Assembly: GCA_038065055.1 (NCBI GenBank)
Contig: JBBTRT010000001.1
Coordinates: forward strand, 1-32,998
Direction: 5' to 3'
Length of the DNA stretch: 32,998 nt
Source: Patescibacteria group bacterium
GTDB lineage: Bacteria > Patescibacteriota > Microgenomatia > UBA1400 > CG1-02-47-37
Of this stretch, positions 9,194 to 15,923 are shown one piece after another (position 1 is the stretch's first letter; the number at the start of each line of letters is the position of its first letter). The notes beneath the pieces are model-generated. The model was not told the DNA's origin. It saw nothing but the letters and a program-made list of their open reading frames with translations, and ran no database searches. Both the position numbers and the translations under genes were made by a program.

Positions 9194-9279
9194 GCTGTGG
9201 TGCCGGAGTCCGGTCAATCGGGAGTGTCCGTAAAACACTTGCTATACTAGCTACAAAGGTTCAAATCCTTTCCACAGCA
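9194..9279 (+). tRNA. tRNA-Tyr (GUA), type II long variable arm, atypical C33, no encoded CCA
   Basis: Acceptor GCTGTGG/CCACAGC plus A73; D stem CCG/CGG with A14 G15 G18 G19; anticodon stem AGTGT/ACACT with loop CC-GTA-AA (anticodon 9230-9232); variable stem GCTA/TAGC; T arm AAAGG-TTCAAAT-CCTTT; G15-C48. Confidence 0.9.
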
Positions 9280-9282
9280 CTT

Positions 9283-10044
9283 ATGCTTAATTTATCTCAA
9301 AATTCTATTTTTTGGCCTAACCAGGCAAATTTTGTTGTGGACCAATCACATTCGAATATTTTTATCGGCATTGGAATTGCCACTAAAACTCAAATTAGCC
9401 AAACTGTACCGTTTGATATTATCGGTTTTCTTTTATCAGCTGAATTTATCAAACGCCAAATACCTCATGGCAAAATCTTTCTGTTAATTGCCGACCAACA
9501 CGCTTGGCTTGCCAATAATTTTGATCGAAACAAATGTCAAAAATCGGCCAATAATTTACTCAAAACTATTCAAAAAATAATTAAGAATTTAAAACTGAAG
9601 AACTGGCAAATATCTTTAGCCTCGCAAATTTTCCCCGATGCTTTACCCCAATCTTACGAAGATTTAGAAAAAAGAGATGTCACTCATTTCTTTAATCATC
9701 ATCTCTGCGGTATTAAAATCGGCTGGAGTTTTTCTTTAACCGAAACTAATCATAAAACCGACGAATCTCATTTTGACAAAAATATTCCCATGCTATCTAT
9801 TTTTACCAAACCAGGAGTCACCAATAATCCTATTAAACCCCAGGAAAGTCCATATATCTGCACCGACCCCACCACCAGAATTACTCTTGATCAACTTTCC
9901 ACCTCTAAGGTGGAAAGTAAAACGGCAGTGAAAAATCACTTAAACCGTATTACAATGTTATTTGAACAACTAATTAAAACATTTCCTAATAAAACGCCTT
10001 TAGAAAATAAAATTAAAATAATAATAAATCAAATATGCAACTAA
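9283..10044 (+). CDS. TyrRS/TrpRS catalytic-fold paralog, cyclodipeptide-synthase-like, no HIGH or KMSKS (253 aa)
   Basis: ATG 9283 chosen because the track's TTG 9163 start runs through the terminator and tRNA. Ordered motifs IFIGIG / LLIADQHAWL / ISLASQI / YEDLEKRDV / GIKIGW / DESHFD align by eye with class Ic Rossmann elements. The ORF is secure; the fold call is inference. Confidence 0.62.
   Translation: MLNLSQNSIFWPNQANFVVDQSHSNIFIGIGIATKTQISQTVPFDIIGFLLSAEFIKRQIPHGKIFLLIADQHAWLANNFDRNKCQKSANNLLKTIQKIIKNLKLKNWQISLASQIFPDALPQSYEDLEKRDVTHFFNHHLCGIKIGWSFSLTETNHKTDESHFDKNIPMLSIFTKPGVTNNPIKPQESPYICTDPTTRITLDQLSTSKVESKTAVKNHLNRITMLFEQLIKTFPNKTPLENKIKIIINQICN
9894..9918. repeat. Perfect 11-bp inverted repeat inside the TyrRS-like gene (ACTTTCCACCT-CTA-AGGTGGAAAGT)
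   Basis: Read directly; lies in the stretch encoding QLSTSKVESK. Confidence 0.85.
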
Positions 10045-11165
10045 CCACTGATTTTGTTTTAACTAGGGGAGTAGCACAAATATTACCGACTAAACAGGGT
10101 TTGGCCGATTTAATGGCTAAAAGAAAAATTACTTTATACCAAGGTTTTGACCCCACCAGCCCGTCACTGCATATTGGCCATTTAATCGGTATTAGAAAAC
10201 TAGCCCAGTTTCAAGAACTAGGCCATCAGGTAATCTTTTTAATCGGCGATTTTACCGGCATGATCGGCGACCCATCTGATAAATCCGCCACCCGCCAACA
10301 ATTAACCCACGAACAAATGCTTAATAATCTTAAAGGCTATAAAGAACAGGTTAAAAATATTATTGATTTTGAGGGTAAAAATCCGGTCAAGATAGTTTTT
10401 AACTACGATTGGTTATCCAAATTAACTTTCGAAGACGTTGTTAAACTTGCCTCACATTTTACTGTTCAACAAATGATCGAACGTGATTTTTTTCAAGAAC
10501 GTCTTAAAACTAATCAACCAATTCATTTACATGAATTTCTTTATCCATTAATGCAGGGTTACGACAGCGTTCCTTTGGAAGTAGATCTGGAAATTGGCGG
10601 CAATGATCAAACTTTTAATTTACTTGCCGGAAGAACCCTCCTTAAGGCTTACAAAAACAAAGAGAAATTTTGCTTAACCACCAAATTATTAACCGATCCG
10701 ACCGGCGCCAAAATGGGCAAAACCACCGGCAACACCGTTAATCTAACTGATACTCCTGAAGATATTTTTGGCAAAATTATGGCTTTACCGGACACTCTTT
10801 TACCCCTTGGCTTTGAACTGCTGACCGATTTAGATCTTCCCCAAACCGATCCTATGGCCGCCAAAAAAACCTTAGCATTTGATTTAGTGAAACAACTCCA
10901 TGGCTCTACCCAAGCCCAAGCCAGCCAAAAGCATTTTGAGCAAACCTTCCAGCACCAAGCGCCGGAGTATAAACAAACTCTAAAATTAAAAACCAATTTA
11001 ATTCAAACCCTGGCTCAAATTAGCGGCAGTAATTCCGAAGCTAAACGCTTAATTCAACAAAAAGCCGTTGATTTAAATAATCAAACTGTCACCAATTTCG
11101 ACCAACCGCTCAAAATAGGGGATAAGCTCAAAATCGGCCAAAAAACTTTTGTTAAAATAATATGA
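10035..11165 (+). CDS. tyrS: Tyrosyl-tRNA synthetase (bacterial type)
   Basis: GFDPT..SLHIGH, IGDFTGMIGDPS, YPLMQGYD, GGNDQTFN, KMGKT, C-terminal S4-like domain (SNSEAKRLIQQKAV). Confidence 0.97.
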   Translation: MQLTTDFVLTRGVAQILPTKQGLADLMAKRKITLYQGFDPTSPSLHIGHLIGIRKLAQFQELGHQVIFLIGDFTGMIGDPSDKSATRQQLTHEQMLNNLKGYKEQVKNIIDFEGKNPVKIVFNYDWLSKLTFEDVVKLASHFTVQQMIERDFFQERLKTNQPIHLHEFLYPLMQGYDSVPLEVDLEIGGNDQTFNLLAGRTLLKAYKNKEKFCLTTKLLTDPTGAKMGKTTGNTVNLTDTPEDIFGKIMALPDTLLPLGFELLTDLDLPQTDPMAAKKTLAFDLVKQLHGSTQAQASQKHFEQTFQHQAPEYKQTLKLKTNLIQTLAQISGSNSEAKRLIQQKAVDLNNQTVTNFDQPLKIGDKLKIGQKTFVKII

Positions 11166-11266
11166 GGCTCACCAAACGCCAGCGCCGATTCTTTACTGTT
11201 TTAGTCATTCTTTCTAGTTTAAGCCTGCTAATCGGTTCTTTTTTGCCTTATTTTTATGCTTTCTAA
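11162..11266 (+). CDS. Small single-TM membrane peptide, 34 aa (not in ORF track)
   Basis: MRLTKRQRRFFTVLVILSSLSLLIGSFLPYFYAF*; ATGA overlap with the tyrS stop, 11-nt overlap with the recG start; basic N-terminus plus hydrophobic helix. Confidence 0.75.
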   Translation: MRLTKRQRRFFTVLVILSSLSLLIGSFLPYFYAF

Positions 11267-13139
11267 AAAAGCCTTGGAAAAATTAAACATTTTTTCTAAT
11301 ACTGACCTGCTTCATCATTATCCCTTCCGCTACGAAGACTTAACCCACTCTACCATTGGCGCCATTATTTCCAGCCGGAATCTTTATCTCCGCACTGGCA
11401 AAACCATTCAAAAAATTATTCTGCAAACCAATTCCGGCAATCAGGAGCTGACTTTTTTTAACCAGCCTTATTTAGTTAAAACCTTAAAACCCGGACTTCA
11501 ATTAAGTTTTTGCGGCCAGAATTATGAAATTGTTACCGGACAGGAATTAATCCATACTGGCCGCCTTATTTCCATTTACCCGGAAACTAAAGGTGTTTCT
11601 TCCAAATGGCTCCGCCGCCGGATCTACACCGCGCTCAAAAAACCAATCGAAGACTGGCTGCCGGAAATCATCAAAGCCAAATATCATTTAATTGACCTAA
11701 ATCCCGCCCTGCAGCAAATTCACTTTCCCAAAAACCAAACCGAGATTAACGCCGCTACCGCCCGTTTGGCTTTTGACGAAATGTTTTTACTCCAACTTCA
11801 GGCGGCCAGGCGCAAAAAATCCTGGCAGGAAAATAAATTAGCCCATCAATTTAAAATTGACCAGGAAAAAATCTTGAGCTTAATCAGCTCTCTACCTTTT
11901 AACCTGACTGCCGGCCAAAACCTCTGCCTCAAAGAAATAATCGCTGACTTAGGTAAAAACCAACCCATGAACCGCTTGCTTCAAGGCGAAGTCGGCTCCG
12001 GTAAAACCGTTGTTGCCGCCTTAGCCATGTATTTAAGTTACTTAAACGGCTATCAGTCAATTCTGATGGCCCCGACCGTTATCTTAGCCCAACAGCATTA
12101 CCAAACCCTAAAAACTATCTTCCACGGCACGTCTATCAAAATAGAATTAATTATTAAAAATTGTAAATTGAAAATTGAAAATTGTGACATTATTATTGGC
12201 ACTCAAGCCTTATTATTTAAAAAAATCAGTTCCAAGCTTGGCCTATTGGTCATCGACGAACAGCACCGTTTCGGGGTCGCCCAGCGCTCTAAGTTGCTCG
12301 CCGCCCAAAAAACTACCCCCCACCTGCTCACCATGACTGCCACCCCTATCCCTAGGACCATCGCCTTAACCGCCTACAGCGATCTGGACCTCTCCATCCT
12401 GGACGAGATGCCTATTGGCCGCCAGCCGGTTAAAACCTGGATTGTACCCGCCTTAAAACGCTTAGACGCCTATCATTGGCTGGCTAAACAAATTTCCGCT
12501 CACCGCACCCAGGCTTTTATTGTTTGCCCCCTGATTAACCCGTCCGAGCACGAATCTATGGCTGATATTAAAAATGTGACCGAAGAATTTGTTAAACTGC
12601 AGCAAATTTTCCCTAAGTTTAAACTCGGACTCTTACATGGCCGCTTAAAAAGCGCTGACAAACAAGCTCTTTTACAGCAATTTCGGGATCAAAAACTCCA
12701 AATTCTGGTCAGCACCCCAGTCATTGAAGTCGGTATCGATTTTCCCAATGCCGCCATGATTATTATTGAAGCCGCCGAGCGCTTTGGCCTCGCTCAACTC
12801 CATCAGCTTCGCGGCCGCGTCGGTAGAGGAAACCAGCCTAGTTACTGCCTTCTTTTTACCACTCAGGAAAAAACTGAAGTTAAGCGCCTAAAATACCTGG
12901 AAACCATCCATTCCGGCCTAAAGTTAGCTGAAAAAGATTTACAGCTGCGCGGCCCGGGCAATCTTTATGGCCTAACCCAGCACGGCTGGCTGAACTTAAA
13001 ATTAGCCTCCTTCACAGATGTTAAATTAATTAACTTGACCAGAAAAGCCGTCGCCGTTATAATGGCCTCATGCCGCCACAACCAAAAAGGAAAATTTCTA
13101 CCAGAAGAAAAGGCAAACGCCGCGCAGTCATTAAACTAA
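11256..13139 (+). CDS. recG: ATP-dependent DNA helicase RecG (shortened wedge domain)
   Basis: PFRYED, RLAFDE, MNRLLQGEVGSGKT, DEQHRFGV.QR, MTATPIPRT, LLHGR, VIEVGID, ERFGLAQLHQLRGRVGRG, DLQLRGPG. Confidence 0.96.
   Translation: MLSKKALEKLNIFSNTDLLHHYPFRYEDLTHSTIGAIISSRNLYLRTGKTIQKIILQTNSGNQELTFFNQPYLVKTLKPGLQLSFCGQNYEIVTGQELIHTGRLISIYPETKGVSSKWLRRRIYTALKKPIEDWLPEIIKAKYHLIDLNPALQQIHFPKNQTEINAATARLAFDEMFLLQLQAARRKKSWQENKLAHQFKIDQEKILSLISSLPFNLTAGQNLCLKEIIADLGKNQPMNRLLQGEVGSGKTVVAALAMYLSYLNGYQSILMAPTVILAQQHYQTLKTIFHGTSIKIELIIKNCKLKIENCDIIIGTQALLFKKISSKLGLLVIDEQHRFGVAQRSKLLAAQKTTPHLLTMTATPIPRTIALTAYSDLDLSILDEMPIGRQPVKTWIVPALKRLDAYHWLAKQISAHRTQAFIVCPLINPSEHESMADIKNVTEEFVKLQQIFPKFKLGLLHGRLKSADKQALLQQFRDQKLQILVSTPVIEVGIDFPNAAMIIIEAAERFGLAQLHQLRGRVGRGNQPSYCLLFTTQEKTEVKRLKYLETIHSGLKLAEKDLQLRGPGNLYGLTQHGWLNLKLASFTDVKLINLTRKAVAVIMASCRHNQKGKFLPEEKANAAQSLN
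12157..12184 (+). repeat. Four tandem heptamers (W)AAATTG inside recG
   Basis: AAAATTG TAAATTG AAAATTG AAAATTG; encodes KNCKLKIENC. Confidence 0.8.
13035..13063 (+). promoter_or_regulatory. Sigma70 promoter TTGACC-N17-TATAAT inside recG, predicted to drive leaderless rpmF
   Basis: -35 at 13035-13040, -10 at 13058-13063, rpmF ATG 6 nt later at 13070. Confidence 0.8.
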
Positions 13140-13222
13140 CTCAACCAAACTTAAGTAAATGTCCTCACTGCAGCCAATTTAAATTGCCGCACCAGCTTTG
13201 CCCCAATTGCCATCAGTATTAA
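13070..13222 (+). CDS. rpmF: 50S ribosomal protein L32, zinc-ribbon type (not in ORF track)
   Basis: MPPQPKRKISTRRKGKRRAVIKLTQPNLSKCPHCSQFKLPHQLCPNCHQY*; PKRK.S..R..RR plus CxxC...PH..CxxC. Confidence 0.95.
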   Translation: MPPQPKRKISTRRKGKRRAVIKLTQPNLSKCPHCSQFKLPHQLCPNCHQY

Positions 13223-13228
13223 TGATTA

Positions 13229-13549
13229 ATGAAAACCGCTGCTGACCCTCGCCACCAAAAACGCATTCAACGTTTTAAACGTCTTTTTGCCATCAGTTTT
13301 AAAAAACCTGGTTTTAAACCGGAAATTGACGCTTTAATTGTAAAAAACGCCCCGGAATGGCCCATTCCTAAACTCAACAAAGTCGATCTGGCAATTTTGC
13401 GCTTAGCCGTCAAAGAATTAATTCAGACTAAAACCGTTCCGCCTAAAGTCATTGTCGATGAAGCCATCGAGCTCGCCAAAACTTTCGGCACGGAAGCCAC
13501 TCCGAAATTCATTAACGGCGTCCTTGGCGCCATCATCAAACATGATTAA
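13229..13549 (+). CDS. nusB: Transcription antitermination factor NusB (short)
   Basis: ID.LI...APEWP..KL.KVDLAILRLA..EL, P.KVIVDEAIELAKTFG, KFINGVLG. Confidence 0.93.
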   Translation: MKTAADPRHQKRIQRFKRLFAISFKKPGFKPEIDALIVKNAPEWPIPKLNKVDLAILRLAVKELIQTKTVPPKVIVDEAIELAKTFGTEATPKFINGVLGAIIKHD

Positions 13550-14177
13550 AACCAAGCTTCTCCTGACCGCCTTGACCCACCGTTCCGCTGTGAATGAAAC
13601 CAAAGGCAACACTGTTTCCAATGAACGTTTGGAATTTTTAGGCGATGCTGTTCTGGAACTGATTGTTTCCGATTATCTTTATCAGCATTATCCTGATAAA
13701 CCCGAGGGGGAATTAACCAAACTGCGGGCCGAGCTGGTTCAAACCAAAACTCTGGGCGCTGCTGCCCAAAACCTGAAATTAGGGGAAATGATGCTTTTAT
13801 CCGCCGGCGAAAAACATTCCGGCGGCCAAAATAATCCTTCCATATTAGCTGATTGCTTTGAAGCGGTTGTCGGCTCAATTTACCTGGACCATGGCTTAGC
13901 CGCCACCATTAGTTTTATTAATAACCATTTAATTGCTCTTAAAAAGACTCTGCTAAAACAAGCCCAGATTGTCGACTACAAATCAAAATTGCAAATGCTC
14001 TGGCAAAAAAAATATCAAGTTGCCCCAAGCTACAAAATTGTCGGCGCCAAAGGCCCGGAACACAAAAAAACTTTTACGGTTAATGTTTATTTAAAACAAA
14101 AAGCTATGGGGCAGGGGATTGGGCTTACCAAACAAGCCGCTCAACAGCAAGCCGCCAAATCTGCTATAATCAAGTAA
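13542..14177 (+). CDS. rnc: Ribonuclease III
   Basis: ALTHRS, NERLEFLGDAVLEL, ADCFEAVVGSIYLD, dsRBD (DYKSKLQ...GPEHKK.F). ATG 13542 preferred to the track start at 13452. Confidence 0.95.
   Translation: MIKTKLLLTALTHRSAVNETKGNTVSNERLEFLGDAVLELIVSDYLYQHYPDKPEGELTKLRAELVQTKTLGAAAQNLKLGEMMLLSAGEKHSGGQNNPSILADCFEAVVGSIYLDHGLAATISFINNHLIALKKTLLKQAQIVDYKSKLQMLWQKKYQVAPSYKIVGAKGPEHKKTFTVNVYLKQKAMGQGIGLTKQAAQQQAAKSAIIK
14162..14170 (+). promoter_or_regulatory. Extended -10 (TG-c-TATAAT) upstream of rpsP
   Basis: Within the rnc 3' end; TATAAT 14165-14170, 11 nt before ATG 14182. Confidence 0.6.
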
Positions 14178-14181
14178 ATCT

Positions 14182-14412
14182 ATGCTCAAATTAAAACTAT
14201 CCCGTACCGGAAAAAAAGGTTACGCCAATTACAAACTGATCGTCGCTGAAGCTAAAAGCAAGCGCGACGGCCGTTATTTGGAAGAACTTGGCACCTATAA
14301 CCCCAATTTAAGTCCGTCCGGTTTATCCGTCAACCGCCAACGGGTCGACTATTGGCTTTCCCAGGGCGCTCAACCGACTATCACTATTAGGCGTCTCCTT
14401 AAACTGGCATGA
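14182..14412 (+). CDS. rpsP: 30S ribosomal protein S16
   Basis: LKLSRTGKK...Y..IVA...RDGRYLEELGTYNP, YWLSQGAQPT. Confidence 0.96.
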   Translation: MLKLKLSRTGKKGYANYKLIVAEAKSKRDGRYLEELGTYNPNLSPSGLSVNRQRVDYWLSQGAQPTITIRRLLKLA

Positions 14413-14705
14413 TCGACTTGCTCCGCTTTATTCTCATTAACATCACTGATCATCCTGACGATATTCATATCGATACGGTTATTGATGAAACCACCAATAC
14501 CCAAATTTTAAACGTAACTGTTCACCCGGAAGACATGGGCAAGGTTATTGGCAAAGGGGGCAAAATTATTACCTCTATTCGTGAATTAGTCAGAATCAAA
14601 GGCATTAAACTAAACCAAAGAGTTAAAGTTGTCCTGCTTGACCAAATAGATCCGCTTGGCCAACCGGAGCCGTCGGCACCACCGCCTCAAACGTCTGAAA
14701 ATTAA
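14409..14705 (+). CDS. khpA: KH-domain RNA-binding protein (KhpA/YlqC family)
   Basis: VHPEDMGKVIGKGGK.I.SIR; directly after rpsP. Confidence 0.9.
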   Translation: MIDLLRFILINITDHPDDIHIDTVIDETTNTQILNVTVHPEDMGKVIGKGGKIITSIRELVRIKGIKLNQRVKVVLLDQIDPLGQPEPSAPPPQTSEN

Positions 14706-15366
14706 ATAATCTCTCCAAAACCGTTTCCTGTTTTTTACTCAGCAATCCAATTGGCTGCCCCACTGATCCCAAGGTCTTAGGCGGAGATTGAAAATACGCC
14801 GCCACGTCAATCATCGCCGCCACTGACGTTGATAACCGGTCCAAAATCGGGTCGCCTTTTATTTTCAACGACACTTTTTCAATCCTCATTAAGGGCGCGG
14901 TATTCTCTAAAGCTTTTAAAAAATCAGAAATCTTATTCAGGTCGCCTGCCACCTCAAATCCGAAACGCAAATCCTGCAAATCCGGATTCAAGGCGGTTTT
15001 TTTTGTTTTTATGGCTGACGGCTTATTTTCCGTCCCTAATTCACCCGGATTTAAGGTTATCCCGCCAAATGACAAACCATGCAAAAAGGCTAATTTTGAC
15101 AAGCTGGACATTAATTCCACCACTGGTTTTTTTGAGGGAAAAACCGTTTCCATTTTTTTCACCCTTTCATCTATTTGAGTGGTATCAATCCCGCTTAAAA
15201 TTTCTTTTTTCAATTCTAACGCCGCTAACTGGGTTGTTAATTTTTTTTGCGTGGCAATTCTTGATTTCAAGCCGGTTAAAATCGGCCCGAAAACAACGAG
15301 TAAAACCATCGCGCTTATCACCGCCAAGCTTACAATATTTTTGTCTCTGATGACCAATTTTTTCAT
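14623..15366 (-). CDS. PilO-like type IV pilus alignment protein
   Basis: N-terminal TM, coiled coil, FP, G...I..FL..LE...PL..I pattern; third gene of a pilM-N-O run. Confidence 0.7.
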   Translation of the reverse strand: MKKLVIRDKNIVSLAVISAMVLLVVFGPILTGLKSRIATQKKLTTQLAALELKKEILSGIDTTQIDERVKKMETVFPSKKPVVELMSSLSKLAFLHGLSFGGITLNPGELGTENKPSAIKTKKTALNPDLQDLRFGFEVAGDLNKISDFLKALENTAPLMRIEKVSLKIKGDPILDRLSTSVAAMIDVAAYFQSPPKTLGSVGQPIGLLSKKQETVLERLFNFQTFEAVVPTAPVGQADLFGQAGQL

Positions 15367-15923
15367 TCTTTTACCGCCATCGTTAAATCTATTTCAAAAC
15401 TCACCTCATTGCTTTTTTCTGTCTTAGTGGAATTCACTCGGCTGGCAATCGCTTTCACAATCGGCAACCGGTAATCTTTAGTTTTTCTGATTCTTTCCAA
15501 TAACTCATTAAAAGTCGCATAATCCGCCACGCTCCCGGCTAACTGAATCTCCCCCGTCTCTGCCACTTGAAAACCTTTTATATTAGTTCCCGGCGGTAAA
15601 ATAGCAAACACTGTTTCGGTAATCGCCTGATGTTTTGCCTGAGACTTAATCAAATCTTCAAATGTCTTTAATTTGCTCAATAAATACACCTGCTTGCCTT
15701 CAACCTCGCTCAATTCCATTATTTTTTTCGTCGTTGCTTGTATTTTGCTGTCAATTATTTGGTTCTGTTTGGCTTTTAGCAGGCTATAGCTCGATAGCCC
15801 GATCATCGATCCAATCGCCGCGATTAATAACCCGACTAAGCCTTTAACCGCCGCCAGCTTAAATTTTTGCCTTTGGTTAATAATTTTAATTTTTTTAGTA
15901 TACAAATTAAGTTCAGCCATCAT
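15363..15923 (-). CDS. PilN-like type IV pilus alignment protein
   Basis: N-terminal ELNL motif, TM helix, coiled coil, LP.G...I.L.G; downstream of pilM. Confidence 0.75.
   Translation of the reverse strand: MMAELNLYTKKIKIINQRQKFKLAAVKGLVGLLIAAIGSMIGLSSYSLLKAKQNQIIDSKIQATTKKIMELSEVEGKQVYLLSKLKTFEDLIKSQAKHQAITETVFAILPPGTNIKGFQVAETGEIQLAGSVADYATFNELLERIRKTKDYRLPIVKAIASRVNSTKTEKSNEVSFEIDLTMAVKE

Noticed and set aside
9229-9231. Reading the tRNA as Thr(CGU)
   Set aside because: The 5-bp stem and 7-nt loop centre the anticodon on GTA; the long variable arm, A73 and adjacent tyrS support Tyr.
9163-9282. 40-aa N-terminal extension of the 293-aa ORF (MAGFFLLCCACCGAG...)
   Set aside because: It starts at a TTG inside the terminator hairpin and reads through the whole tRNA; ATG 9283 is the more credible start.
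13452-13541. N-terminal extension of RNase III in the ORF track
   Set aside because: It lies wholly within nusB in another frame; RNase III similarity begins after ATG 13542.
14829-15350. 173-aa plus-strand ORF, and the other short ORFs antisense or out of frame within long genes
   Set aside because: They are shadows of well-supported genes, with no motifs or initiation signals.
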